Below, in pieces: positions 47,595-58,174 of a stretch of 64,000 nt of DNA; positions within the stretch are counted from its first letter, which is position 1; each line of letters begins with the position of its first letter. The notes under the pieces were generated by a model, which was not told the DNA's origin, ran no database searches, and saw only the letters and a list, made by a program, of their open reading frames with translations. This DNA is from a virus. A program made the position numbers and the translations under genes. The stretch covers positions 96,613 through 160,612 of IMG/VR virus record IMGVR_UViG_3300035181_002074. One strand, written 5' to 3'.

Positions 47595-47623
47595 AATATA
47601 TCATGATTTATGTTACATGTCAA
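47595..47623 (-). promoter_or_regulatory. sigma70-type promoter
   Basis: TTGACA-N17-TATATT. Confidence 0.7.
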
Positions 47624-47624
47624 C

Positions 47625-47634
47625 CCTAATATTT
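47625..47634 (+). promoter_or_regulatory. Putative late promoter CCTAATATTT
   Basis: Exact motif upstream of 47657. Confidence 0.75.
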
Positions 47635-47656
47635 TGCCATAGAGAATCATTACATT

Positions 47657-49006
47657 ATGTGGACTTTTTTATCGAACAAACAAGAAACTAACGAACGCTC
47701 AAACGAGTTGAAATCATTTTCCGCTCCAGCTGGCGTTCTATTTCAGAACATTACTTCGTATAAAGATCATGCTGGTAATTACATTAAAATAATTGAAACT
47801 AGTATGGATATTGTTCCCGTTCTTGGTCTGACTGCCCCAAATGGTTGGAATTGGGTAGAAGATAGTCATAATATAGTTGTAGGTGCTGATCCCCAAATTG
47901 AAACCGTTTTTAAAATTCTATTATCGGATGGAAATTATCTTTACCGTGTTCTCACTGAATCAATTGACCGAAGCAGCGGACTGATTAAGGCTGCAGACGA
48001 ATCCATACATTATTCTGGAGTATTGTCTTCGGAAACCCCAACACGCTGGTACGACATTGCTCCAGCAGACGGCAAAGTATTGCCAATATCAGCTCCAAGA
48101 GCTTATTACCCATCTATTTTGTATAGCTCGACGCCCGTTTTTTTTGATGGTACTAAACTCAGAAAATACGTAGCATATTATGGAGCTGGAACTTCACCGG
48201 TGTTTAGCTCTGCCGCATTTTCAGATGACGGAAAGACTTGGGATAATGAGCAGCAATTATCGGGAGTAGTTGGTGATGCATACCATGCTGCCTCTATTTT
48301 GATCGGCACGACCATACATTATTTTTACTGGGATACTACAACTACTATTTATTCTCCAAGTGCTACAAGACATGCGACATTTAATGCTGCAGTCAGTTGT
48401 ACTGCTGCAGTAACCGATGCAGCTTGTACCGGTAATTATATTACGGGTATTTCCGGTGATTTAAGAAATGGCACCTACGGATTTAATCAAGTATTTTATA
48501 ATGCAGCCCCAACCAATAACCCCGCTAATCCGTATTCATATACATGGTGTGCAATTCACAGCGGCACGGATGGCTCTAATGAAGGGATTTTGTTTGCGAC
48601 ATCTACTGATGGTTTAAATTTTACAAAATGGAACAATCTTGTTGAAGTTATCCCACGCGGATTAAGCACCAGTTTCTGGGATTATATGATTGGCACCATG
48701 TTTGTATTCACTGATTCAACTGGTTTTTATCACGCATATTATTCAGGTGGATTAGGTACGAGTAATGGTGAAGATACTAATTTCGGTGGCGGCATAGGGT
48801 ATGCAACCAGTGTAGATGGTATTACATGGGTGAAATATGAAAAAAATCCCATCATCCGTAAAACTGAAGCACTAAAAATATGGAAACGTTGTTATACCCC
48901 ATGCGTAATTAAGGATTCACATGGAGTATATACCATGTATTATTCAGGAAAAAGCTCTGCTGGTGTCTATACTGTACTATCCGCTAAAATTGCGGGATTC
49001 ATCTGA
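47657..49006 (+). CDS. Virion appendage: shared N-terminal adaptor + glycosidase-like beta-propeller
   Basis: SDDGKTW, ATSTDGLNF, ATSVDGITWVKYEKNPI repeats. Confidence 0.7.
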   Translation: MWTFLSNKQETNERSNELKSFSAPAGVLFQNITSYKDHAGNYIKIIETSMDIVPVLGLTAPNGWNWVEDSHNIVVGADPQIETVFKILLSDGNYLYRVLTESIDRSSGLIKAADESIHYSGVLSSETPTRWYDIAPADGKVLPISAPRAYYPSILYSSTPVFFDGTKLRKYVAYYGAGTSPVFSSAAFSDDGKTWDNEQQLSGVVGDAYHAASILIGTTIHYFYWDTTTTIYSPSATRHATFNAAVSCTAAVTDAACTGNYITGISGDLRNGTYGFNQVFYNAAPTNNPANPYSYTWCAIHSGTDGSNEGILFATSTDGLNFTKWNNLVEVIPRGLSTSFWDYMIGTMFVFTDSTGFYHAYYSGGLGTSNGEDTNFGGGIGYATSVDGITWVKYEKNPIIRKTEALKIWKRCYTPCVIKDSHGVYTMYYSGKSSAGVYTVLSAKIAGFI

Positions 49007-49013
49007 TTTTCTC

Positions 49014-49023
49014 CCTAATATTC
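49014..49023 (+). promoter_or_regulatory. Putative late promoter CCTAATATTC
   Basis: Intergenic motif. Confidence 0.7.
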
Positions 49024-49047
49024 TTATCTGGAGATTGAATCATAATT

Positions 49048-49668
49048 ATGTGGATAACACTATTAGAAAAGCAGGAAACGGCTGAACGTTTCAATGAATT
49101 ACAAATTCTTACTACTGCTCATGGCACATTCTTTAAAAGTGTTTCCACTTATACTGATCCTGCCGGTAATTACAGTAAAGCCGTAGAATCAAGCTTAGAT
49201 TTACTTCCGTTGGGGCTATCAGCTCCGAATGACTGGATTTGGGTCGAAAATTCCGTGACCACGTCAGTTAAATTATCTGATAAGCGTGTTAATATCTTAT
49301 ACACTATTCTGCTGTCAGATGGCAATTTTCTATATCGAACAGTGACTGAATATCGTGATTTAGCCACCGGTTCTATCAAATATTCAGATGAAAACATGCA
49401 GTATTCCGGTTCCGCTGCATCATCTGGATCAGCATTTAATGTGCAATATTTCGTATTAACCGGAACAGATATTACCAATAAATACTTAGTACTTCCGAAT
49501 ACCCCTTCCGACTCGTCCAAGGTACTAATAGCAGTCGCAGACTTGATTGGAGATCCAGAAAATGGGCTCGATTATACCGTTACTGGTCAAGTGATATCTT
49601 GGAATGGGCTTGGATTACAACCATATCTGACTGCTGGCATGAAACTTACCGTCACATATGCGGCATAA
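49048..49668 (+). CDS. Virion appendage: shared adaptor + small beta domain
   Basis: N-terminus paralogous to 47657 and 49718; GLDYTVTG..ISW..L..G.KLTVTY. Confidence 0.65.
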   Translation: MWITLLEKQETAERFNELQILTTAHGTFFKSVSTYTDPAGNYSKAVESSLDLLPLGLSAPNDWIWVENSVTTSVKLSDKRVNILYTILLSDGNFLYRTVTEYRDLATGSIKYSDENMQYSGSAASSGSAFNVQYFVLTGTDITNKYLVLPNTPSDSSKVLIAVADLIGDPENGLDYTVTGQVISWNGLGLQPYLTAGMKLTVTYAA

Positions 49669-49687
49669 GCTTATTATTGGCAATGAA

Positions 49688-49697
49688 CCTAATATTT
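49688..49697 (+). promoter_or_regulatory. Putative late promoter CCTAATATTT
   Basis: Exact intergenic motif. Confidence 0.75.
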
Positions 49698-49717
49698 TTA
49701 ACGGGAACCCTTAGACA

Positions 49718-51598
49718 ATGTGGACTTTTTTAGCAGAAAAACAAGAAACTTTAGAGCGCTATAATGAGATTTACAGCTTTCAAACAGCTGTAGGTACCTT
49801 TTTTAAAAGCGTTACGTCGTATAAAGACCATGCTGGTAACTATATTAAAATAGTTGAAACAAGCATGAGTTTGGTTCCAGATTTTAATCTGACTGCCCCA
49901 AATGGTTGGAATTGGGTACTGGAAAACTCCTTTAATACTGACTTGGTCGATACCAAGGTCGAAAGCTTTCATAAGATATTGTTATCTAATGGTAGCTATT
50001 TATACCGTACTCTGACTGAGTACCGTGATGATTCTAATGGTCTCATTAAAGCAGCCGATGAAGCACTAGCGTATGACGGCATAGTTAACGGTCCTGCCGG
50101 TGTACAAGGTCTACAAGGCTTTTCTGGCACGATGGCTGTTAATTCCACTGTAACTGGCATTGCAGGTTCACCAGCAACCGTCACCAATGTCGGTACTCCA
50201 CAGGCCGCATTACTTGACTTCGTCATCCCTAGAGGGATTACAGGCAATACTGGGGCAGCTGGAGCGAATGGAGCCGACGGTGCTGCAGCAACTATTGCAG
50301 TTGGAACTGTGATAACTGGCAACGCTGGCTCAAGTGTTATAATTAATAATGTCGGGTCATCTTCTGCGGCCATTTTCAATTTTACTATCCCACGCGGTAA
50401 TGTTGGGGCAGCTGGAGCTAATGGAGCCGATGGTGCTGCTATTTATACTGGCGCTGGAACCCCATTAAACACCAACGGTGATGATGGCGATTTCTATGTT
50501 AAATCTAGTAACGGTGATTTCTATACCAAGGCAAGCGGTGTCTGGACTGTACAAGGCAATCTAACTGGTCCCGCTGGACCTCAAGGAATACAAGGACTTA
50601 CGGGTTCTGCTGGTTCTGTCGGAGCAACCGGTCCTGCCGGATTAAACGGTACTAATGGAACCAACGGTATTGATGGTAAAACTATCCGCAGTGGTACATC
50701 CACCCCATTAAATTCTTTCGGTAACGATGGCGATATTTACATTAAAACAAGTACTAACGAGCTGTTCGGACCTAAATCTGGCGGCAATTGGGGTACCCCT
50801 ATTTCATTAATCGGACCTCAAGGAATTCAAGGAATTCAAGGGGTTACAGGATTAACCGGCGCTACCGGCGCTACTGGAGCAACCGGTGCAACTGGCGCCG
50901 ATGGATCACAAATTTTGACCGGAATCGGAACCCCATCTAATGTTCTTGGGGTTGATGACGATCTATATATCAAAACTTCTAACGGCGCTTATTATTTAAA
51001 AGTAGCTGGTGCATGGGTACTTCAAGGAAACCTCACCGGACCCCAAGGAATTCAAGGGGTTATCGGATTAACTGGAGCAACCGGACCAGCTGGACCACAG
51101 GGAGCTGGCTTCCCGATAGGCGGTTCAACCGGACAGTTTCTTAAAAAGAATTCTGGCACGGATTTTGATACATCATGGTCTACTGTCACCAAAAGTACGG
51201 TCGGATTATCTAATGTTGATAATACATCTGATGCAGGAAAACCCATTTCCACGGCAACTCAAACAGCTTTAAACGGTAAACAAGATGCGGCTCAAATTGT
51301 AGATTATGCCCAAAACGGGGTTGTAACTAATGTACAATATTCAAATTTAGAATTTGAAATAGCCCATGATCTTAAAGTAAATACTTACTTCAAAGAATTA
51401 CAATATTCATTGGGTGTCTTAACTGTAATGAATGTATGGACTACTCCAGCAATGACGGTACACAAGTATCAAAAAACTTTTACATATACGTTGGGACAAT
51501 TAACCAGTATTGTTACAGTGCGAATAGCTGATTCAGCAACATTAACAAAAACATTTACTTATTCAGGATCTGATCTGATAGGTGTGAGCGCGGCATAA
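49718..51598 (+). CDS. Collagen-like fibre protein with the shared adaptor
   Basis: G-X-Y runs, G.DGD.Y knob repeats, VGLSNVDNTSDA.KPISTATQTAL. Confidence 0.85.
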   Translation: MWTFLAEKQETLERYNEIYSFQTAVGTFFKSVTSYKDHAGNYIKIVETSMSLVPDFNLTAPNGWNWVLENSFNTDLVDTKVESFHKILLSNGSYLYRTLTEYRDDSNGLIKAADEALAYDGIVNGPAGVQGLQGFSGTMAVNSTVTGIAGSPATVTNVGTPQAALLDFVIPRGITGNTGAAGANGADGAAATIAVGTVITGNAGSSVIINNVGSSSAAIFNFTIPRGNVGAAGANGADGAAIYTGAGTPLNTNGDDGDFYVKSSNGDFYTKASGVWTVQGNLTGPAGPQGIQGLTGSAGSVGATGPAGLNGTNGTNGIDGKTIRSGTSTPLNSFGNDGDIYIKTSTNELFGPKSGGNWGTPISLIGPQGIQGIQGVTGLTGATGATGATGATGADGSQILTGIGTPSNVLGVDDDLYIKTSNGAYYLKVAGAWVLQGNLTGPQGIQGVIGLTGATGPAGPQGAGFPIGGSTGQFLKKNSGTDFDTSWSTVTKSTVGLSNVDNTSDAGKPISTATQTALNGKQDAAQIVDYAQNGVVTNVQYSNLEFEIAHDLKVNTYFKELQYSLGVLTVMNVWTTPAMTVHKYQKTFTYTLGQLTSIVTVRIADSATLTKTFTYSGSDLIGVSAA

Positions 51599-51610
51599 GG
51601 AAAATAAAAT

Positions 51611-53722
51611 ATGGCAATAGCAAAAGTAATTACGGCAGATTTACAAGCATCAGTAGGCGGATCATATCTGCAGACAAGAACTACGATTTCTGGCACAACA
51701 ACACAAAAAACACTTCAAGGTGTTCCAGTAGTTGGGGCTCCATTAGTTCGCTGGGTAGACGTATTCACTGATTTTTCTGGCGAGATTCCTGTTATGACTC
51801 GACTCACTGTAAATAATCGATTATTTACGATTACCGCAATTACTGGGGGGCTTGCACGATTGATGATGTATACCTTTGATCCCGCTACCGGAAACGCTAC
51901 GCCCGTTGGTCGTATTCAGTTAACATTTCCAAATTTAATTGCCACTGCTCATACCATTAAAGGTCTAAGAGTTGATGATAGTAATCCATCAGCAATTAAA
52001 GTATTTATTGCTACCCTTGGTTCAGTTACTGCTAATGCTGGATTATTTATGGCAAATAATATATCTACCAGTGATTTTGCTTTTTTTGGATTTCCTACTC
52101 TTTTGTCTGCAACCGGTTCAAATCAAAAAGCGGTATATTTACTAGAAGATCCAGCAAATGCTGGTAACTTACAGTTAAATACTGTACCAGTGGCGCTCGC
52201 CCTAGATCGAGTTAATAAATTAGTATACGTGCATAATGGTACAGCCGCTACGCACCAATATTATGTTTATGATTATAATCTTACCCCAGATGTACCATCA
52301 CAGACTTGTACTGTCACGACTGTCGGCGCAAATGCCATTATTACAACATCTGGTGCGCACGGATTATCGACAATCGATCAAATCGTGTTTTCTAATACTG
52401 GCGGTGCTTTACCGACTGGATTAGTTGCAGGTACTGTTTACTGGATCAGTATTTCAAATTTTACTGCAAATACTTTTTCCGTTTCGACTACTGCGGCTCT
52501 TGCTGCTGTCGGAACAAACCTAACTATTTCTACTGCGGGTACAGGTACACAAAGCGTACAAAGAGGATATGGAATCAGCGGATCTTGCTGGAAATGGAAA
52601 ACAGGTAATTTACCTTCTGCTACTGGAACATTAATTACTATCAATTCTGAAAAATATATGACACCTGCACATTCTACGAATTCAGGTTTTCCTTGTTTAT
52701 TTTTTGCTACAACAACCAATCTATATCTAGGTAAAGCTTCAGAATTAACTTCTGGTGCTACAACATGGCCATCACTCACAACTTCAAATATCTTGGGAAC
52801 GCCAAATCAGATTATTGCACCAACAACCGTGCTAGCTGATTGGGATGAATCTTTAGATAGAGCTATGTATACCACGTCAATTATTAAAATAGTTGCAAAA
52901 AAAGTAGTGAATAATGCCATTGAATCTATTTTTGGTGAATTAAATAATGATTACCTTGAAGGTGTATCACAAACAGATTTGATTACTCAATTCGGAGCTA
53001 TCACCGTAGCGGATATGGGCCATGCCAATGGGTGGATGTTTTTAACTGGAGCATCAACTGGTCAGCGTGGTATTTTACTATCCAACACAGCAATGCAGAA
53101 CACCGTAGATACTTCATATGTCATTACTAAAGTATTAGATACCCCGAATGCATTATCATATGTAGGCGTTGCTACATCTTTGCAAGCACCAAGTAAAACC
53201 ACTAATCCAGTAATATATTATCGCACTTCTGGGTTTGGTGCTGCAACTGGTGGATGGACTCTCTTGCCAGATAATTTATTAATGGGTTCCGTAACTCCAG
53301 CCGCACAAATACAGTTTAAAATTGAACAAAGGTTTGATAACACGGCATCTGCTAACCCTCCGCAAATGATTGAATGTTTTTTGGCATACACTTCTTCTAT
53401 TGCAATGTCAGACAACTGGACTGGTTCGAAAGTTAATTCATCTGCTCCATCTGCAAGTCCATTTTACGTGGCTTTCAGGTTAAATAGAGCTTATTCTTCT
53501 GGTACTGTACCACGCATGAAGGTTACTGTAGTAGATGATTCTGGTGCGGTATCTATTTATGATACAATTACCCATGCAAGTGCCTTTAGTTATACTATCA
53601 ATAATGGAACGAGCTGGTCGGCACTTGGAACTGTACCTAATACGGCACTTACTACTGAATTAAGATTATTAATTAGTGCGCCAAGTGGTAATCCAGTGAC
53701 ATGCGGAATACAGGAGTACTAA
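51611..53722 (+). CDS. Large Thr/Ser-rich virion protein (fibre/receptor-binding candidate)
   Basis: HGL..DQIVF..GGALPTGLVAGTVYW domain; in the appendage operon. Confidence 0.65.
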   Translation: MAIAKVITADLQASVGGSYLQTRTTISGTTTQKTLQGVPVVGAPLVRWVDVFTDFSGEIPVMTRLTVNNRLFTITAITGGLARLMMYTFDPATGNATPVGRIQLTFPNLIATAHTIKGLRVDDSNPSAIKVFIATLGSVTANAGLFMANNISTSDFAFFGFPTLLSATGSNQKAVYLLEDPANAGNLQLNTVPVALALDRVNKLVYVHNGTAATHQYYVYDYNLTPDVPSQTCTVTTVGANAIITTSGAHGLSTIDQIVFSNTGGALPTGLVAGTVYWISISNFTANTFSVSTTAALAAVGTNLTISTAGTGTQSVQRGYGISGSCWKWKTGNLPSATGTLITINSEKYMTPAHSTNSGFPCLFFATTTNLYLGKASELTSGATTWPSLTTSNILGTPNQIIAPTTVLADWDESLDRAMYTTSIIKIVAKKVVNNAIESIFGELNNDYLEGVSQTDLITQFGAITVADMGHANGWMFLTGASTGQRGILLSNTAMQNTVDTSYVITKVLDTPNALSYVGVATSLQAPSKTTNPVIYYRTSGFGAATGGWTLLPDNLLMGSVTPAAQIQFKIEQRFDNTASANPPQMIECFLAYTSSIAMSDNWTGSKVNSSAPSASPFYVAFRLNRAYSSGTVPRMKVTVVDDSGAVSIYDTITHASAFSYTINNGTSWSALGTVPNTALTTELRLLISAPSGNPVTCGIQEY

Positions 53723-53725
53723 TCG

Positions 53726-54184
53726 ATGGCTAATAATATTTATTTCGGCGGAACAGATTATAATGTTTCATCAAATGCTTGTGTATTTGATATCACGCCG
53801 CCATCATTTTCAGGTGTTTCTTCATTAGTAGCTCAACCGAATGGCTCATTAAGAGCTACATGGACTGCTGCTACTGATGCATCATCACCAGTACGTTACA
53901 ATATTTATGTTTCCACATCAGCGGGGGACATCTACACTAAACTAATTGGTAGTGTTAACGGATTAACGGTTGATATATTTCAAAGTACTACTGGTTTATT
54001 ACAATATAATACTACTTATTATGTTGCAGTACGTGCCGTAGATGCAGTTGGTAATATTAATACTAACGTAGTAACATTAAGTGCAATCAGTTCTGGCGTA
54101 TCCATTGATAGTACATATAATTTATTGCAACAAATTCTTAATAAAGAAGATAAAATCATTAATTCAGTATACGGACTATATTAA
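53726..54184 (+). CDS. Fibronectin type III domain virion protein
   Basis: DITPP...TWTAATD...YNIY...TTYYVAVRAVDAVGN. Confidence 0.8.
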   Translation: MANNIYFGGTDYNVSSNACVFDITPPSFSGVSSLVAQPNGSLRATWTAATDASSPVRYNIYVSTSAGDIYTKLIGSVNGLTVDIFQSTTGLLQYNTTYYVAVRAVDAVGNINTNVVTLSAISSGVSIDSTYNLLQQILNKEDKIINSVYGLY

Positions 54185-54186
54185 CT

Positions 54187-54675
54187 ATGAGACAGTATGC
54201 ACTTATTAAAGACGATGTTATTACTAGTATTGAAAATCTCAGTAATGATGACTATAGTCGTCGCATTACGTCGTATCAAACTATCATTGATATCGAAGAT
54301 ATGACTAATAAGCCATCTACTGGATGGATACTGTGTGGAAATAAATTTAAACCAAATAATAATTTTGCAACCATCCAAGATCAAGTATATGATCAACAAC
54401 AACGTCAACGTGTTTTTGGCGAAAGTTTGTCTCCCGTACTGGTAGATATGATGGGCGCACGTAATTTAAAATTATCGTTGGATGGCACAGTCGTTAATGT
54501 CGCCTCCTTGTTAAATTCCCTGAATGCAGTAAAGGCATTACTGGAAACGGGAGCATTAAAAACTGCCCGCACCGTGATTAACTCCGTTACGGCATCTTTC
54601 CCCGCGTATGCAGATATTTTTACGTATGCTGTAAATGAAATAACTATTTTTCTAGCGGAAAATCATTACGAATAA
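54187..54675 (+). CDS. Probable fibre assembly/chaperone protein
   Basis: YALIKDDVI..I N-terminus, P..GW motif; follows the fibre genes. Confidence 0.5.
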   Translation: MRQYALIKDDVITSIENLSNDDYSRRITSYQTIIDIEDMTNKPSTGWILCGNKFKPNNNFATIQDQVYDQQQRQRVFGESLSPVLVDMMGARNLKLSLDGTVVNVASLLNSLNAVKALLETGALKTARTVINSVTASFPAYADIFTYAVNEITIFLAENHYE

Positions 54676-54685
54676 GGGTTAATTT

Positions 54686-55198
54686 ATGGATTACATCATT
54701 GTTGGATTCTCAAAGCCGACCAGATGGAAACCTTTTGCTTGGCTTATTTCAGCTTTATGGAAAACTGAATATGATCATGTCTATATCGGATTCTATTTTG
54801 ATAAGTATGAGCGTAACGTGGTTTATCAAGCCAGCAAATTAAGTGTTAATTTCATGGAGAAGTCGAACTTCACCAGAGATAATGTGATAATTAAAGAGTT
54901 TCAGATTTCTATTACCCCTGAAAATAAAATCAAAATGATGCAATTTGCTATCGATAACTCGGCAAAAGCTTACGGCATGAAATCAGCCATTGGTGTTGGA
55001 TTAGTTAAGATTTTTTCATTCTTTGGTAAGAAGATTGCGAATCCGTTCCGTGATGGCGGAAAAACATATATTTGTTGCGAACTAGCTGCTGTGATAATGG
55101 AACAATTTGCTGATGCGAAGTTTAATACCGGCAACGATGAGATATCCCCAAAAGACGTGTACGACTATTTAGAGTCATCTGAAGCGTCATCAATATAA
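54686..55198 (+). CDS. Permuted papain-like (YiiX/NlpC-P60) enzyme
   Basis: YDHVYI ... KAYG ... YICCELAA ... ISPKDV. Confidence 0.75.
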   Translation: MDYIIVGFSKPTRWKPFAWLISALWKTEYDHVYIGFYFDKYERNVVYQASKLSVNFMEKSNFTRDNVIIKEFQISITPENKIKMMQFAIDNSAKAYGMKSAIGVGLVKIFSFFGKKIANPFRDGGKTYICCELAAVIMEQFADAKFNTGNDEISPKDVYDYLESSEASSI

Positions 55199-55304
55199 CG
55201 GCCACATTCATTGCAGATATTGAATTGCTGATCTTCCAAGGCAATCATTATTAATACTGTAGTGATGGAACCCAGAAACACTCCACAACCTATTACGATC
55301 AACA

Positions 55305-57455
55305 TCATTTGAACCAATCCGACCAAAAGTATCTTTTATCCAGTTGCTCGATACGATCCAGTAGTCGAGCATTTTCTTGGTGTAATTGATCATTCGCGTA
55401 CTTGTAGCTGCGAGCTTCAGCATAAGCTTGCTGTGCGCCAAGCTGATTTTCTTCGTAATTACGTTGTAGATTCTGGAAATTTTCCAAAAGTAGTTTACGT
55501 CTACGCGCAAGATTGTGATAACGTTTCAGAATCTCTTCACGGGATTTTGGACGTTTTTTAATTGTTTTTGCTTTTTTCATGTATTATCCTCTCGCTGGCT
55601 CGGTAGCTTTTATACCGGTTAAAGCTAATTGTAATAATTGTCTAGTTGTATCATCATCTAGAGTCATCATTGGTTCACTATAACGAATATAACCAGATTC
55701 ATCTACTGGATCGCGGGTAGATACGATAGTTAATTGTAATTTTTTATCACTGTTAAGTAATTTTAAAATTGGCGAGTTTTGCATTTACTTTTTAGCCTTC
55801 TTTTTAGTTGCTGTTTTCTTTGAAGGTTTTGGTTTAGTTAAACGCACTAGGCTGCTTTTGTGAGCATAAACCACTTCAAGCTTGTTTGGCAGTAATCGCC
55901 CCAGTTCGGATAGGAATACGTCTGCGGGGTGAGCCCCGAAGATATCGTACAGCATATCTGACTCTAAGAAATGAAGGTCTAATGGCCAGCCATCTTTCGT
56001 GAAATGTTTGATAGCCTCTTTCGCGTGTTTTCGTGCCATTGTACGTAATTTCGCTGGAGCTTTCTCTGTAGCAGCCCGAAAAAACTGCGTAGACGTTTGC
56101 AATGGAAACACTAGAGATAGATCTTTTGTGGCTTTACTTTTTCTTTTCATTTGATTTAGCTTTCTTTGGTTTTGACGGTTCTGCTGCAGCGAATAAGGTT
56201 CCCACAATGAGATCCCAACCCGCGAAAACTTTTTTGGACTTATGTCCGCCGAACTCAACTTGTTTATTAAATTCGAAGATACATCCTTGTTCGTTTGGTT
56301 CTACGCCCAGCACTTTCACACTTTTATTATTAACTTTTGTATTCATTTTTTACCTTTCTAAATATGCTAAAAATTTATAACGTTTCAATGCTTCTTTTTT
56401 GGTTTTAAAAACTTCTGCATGGTTGCATAATCGATCATGTACCGCATAAGCTCTCCTGCATTTGTAAACTACGCCATCGTATCGTTTTACCGCACTCAAG
56501 AATAGAATAACTTTTGTATCTTTGTTCTCAACTACTGCAACTTTGTCTGTTTTTTTACTGGGTTTCATTGTCTTCCTTTTACGCACTCGGTTTTTTTAAC
56601 TCTTTTTAAAGCGTAACTAGAATCTAATCCACGCTCTTGTTGTTCGACCGAAAAATCCATGGTATAGTAAGTATCGTCTTCCTTGACGATCTTACCGGCA
56701 ATTTCCGATTCTGTAATGACATTTTGGCCACCAACCGACATACCCATTAGAACAAAGCATACTGCTATCATACCGTAGTTTTTCTTGCTGTAAGACGAAT
56801 CTCAGCAATCTTTTCCTCTGCTCTAGCAGCTTGAAAAAGAAATAAATCTCTCAAAGCTCCAGCGGTTTCTTTAGCGTTACGTAAACTAAATTTACGAATA
56901 GCCTTTTGATGTCTAAGTTCGACAGTTGGTGATCTTTTCATTATTTTGTTTTTTCTTCTTTATTTTCGTTAATTTTTTTACTCAATTGAGATTTAGTACG
57001 AGCCAATTGTACAGCTGCGTCAGCTTTAGGATTACTGCAAGCTGCTTGACTGATAGAATCCTCATCCGCAGCTGCTAGTGCTAGTAGAGCCTCGTATGGA
57101 GCTTCATCGTCTAGAGCTAGGAGTAGAAAACGACAAGCGCTTTCACCTGTAGAAAGATCAATTTTACCGGTTTCTTTCCATGATTTAAGAGCTTCATCAC
57201 GGTATTGCTCAACATTTACTTCCGTAGTTGAAACTGTACCGTCTTCTGCTTTTACTGATTCTGTTACTTTGATTTTTTTAGTAGCCATTCTGGGTCTTGT
57301 CCTTCTGATTTTAGATAATTATATAGACCTTCCAGAATACAGACTACCTGTACATCGTTTGGGTCTACGTTACGGAAATTGCCTTCCATAAAATAATTAT
57401 GCGCGAAATATTTGATTCTGTCAACCGCTTTTTTATCAAGATCAATTTTGCTCAT
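55305..57455 (-). other. Operon of about 9 small, often basic hypothetical genes downstream of the tRNA-like RNA
   Basis: Tightly packed minus-strand ORFs (55305-55580, 55584-55784, 55785-56150, 56134-56346, 56350-56568, 56565-56771, 56768-56941, 56941-57288, 57264-57455); some start codons are approximate. Confidence 0.6.
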
Positions 57456-57470
57456 AATTTCCTTTATAGG

Positions 57471-57557
57471 GGTCCAAGGATGGATTTGAACCATCTCCCC
57501 GTTTTATGGACTAGGAGCTATGAACCCCCCGCTGGGTTCACACCCCAGTGCTTGGAC
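57471..57557 (-). tRNA. Non-canonical tRNA-like RNA, anticodon CAT, long variable region
   Basis: Acceptor GTCCAAG/CTTGGAC; T-arm GATGG-TTCAAAT-CCATC; D-like stem CTGGG/CCCAG; anticodon loop TTCATAG. Confidence 0.65.
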
Positions 57558-57563
57558 ATCTCA

Positions 57564-57592
57564 ATCGTACCACAAAAAAAAGATATTGTCAA
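57564..57592 (-). promoter_or_regulatory. sigma70-type promoter of the tRNA-like RNA
   Basis: TTGACA-N17-TACGAT with TG extension. Confidence 0.75.
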
Positions 57593-57663
57593 CACTTTTT
57601 CAATAATTACTACTGGTTATAAATAAATTAATGATTACATATAGTTATAATTCTTTAAAAAAC

Positions 57664-57673
57664 CCTAATATTT
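57664..57673 (+). promoter_or_regulatory. Putative late promoter CCTAATATTT
   Basis: Exact motif upstream of 57689. Confidence 0.75.
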
Positions 57674-57688
57674 CCAATATGGTGGCTT

Positions 57689-58174
57689 ATGGCTAAAGAC
57701 GACAGTAATTCTACATTGGAAGTGAAGATTGATGCGATTAAGACCGAAATGGAAATCCATAGAGAATCCTTTAAGGAGCACCAGCGCACCCAAAGAGATC
57801 GCTATGACGATTTTAAAACTTCCTTGAATACCATCCTCAAGCAGAATGAAGATATTGAAAATGGCCTAGCGGATGCCAACGAGAAATTATCAGATTATAA
57901 TACCCAGCTACAGATTCACATTCAAGGCGTTTTACAGCTTAAAGAAATGAACCAGCTTCTTAGAGAAGAGATCAAAATTTTCCGCGAAAAGACTGATGTG
58001 GAAGTAAAAGAAATCAATGCTAGACTTCAATCAGTTGAAGTGCCATTCAAGTGGGCAGATACTACAGCAAACTTTGCAGAAAAAGCTTTCACAATTTTAA
58101 AATTTATTGCACTTCTTACAGTGATATTCGGCGGTGGAGCTGGTATCTGGAGTCTCATTAAACAGTATGTTTAG
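57689..58174 (+). CDS. Coiled-coil protein with a C-terminal TM helix (holin/lysis-accessory candidate)
   Basis: Long coiled coil followed by FIALLTVIFGGGAGIWSLI. Confidence 0.55.
   Translation: MAKDDSNSTLEVKIDAIKTEMEIHRESFKEHQRTQRDRYDDFKTSLNTILKQNEDIENGLADANEKLSDYNTQLQIHIQGVLQLKEMNQLLREEIKIFREKTDVEVKEINARLQSVEVPFKWADTTANFAEKAFTILKFIALLTVIFGGGAGIWSLIKQYV

Noticed and set aside
47657-50100. Diversity-generating retroelement template/variable repeats among the paralogous N-termini
   Set aside because: Differences are not restricted to adenines, the copies are at 5' coding ends, and no reverse transcriptase is present in the window.
50090-51110. Non-coding or mobile repeats in the fibre gene
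   Set aside because: They are coding collagen G-X-Y and knob duplications.
57456-57494. N-terminal extension MVQIHPWTPIKEI of ORF 57264-57494
   Set aside because: It overlaps the T-arm and acceptor stem of the tRNA-like RNA. ATG 57455 has a good AAAGGA RBS.
57471-57557. tRNA-Sec or opal suppressor (TCA read as the anticodon) and stop-codon recoding
   Set aside because: The TCA register gives a G-G mismatch in the stem and a pyrimidine at position 37. Genes are full length under code 11, and TGA/TAG act as normal stops, including in ATGA overlaps.
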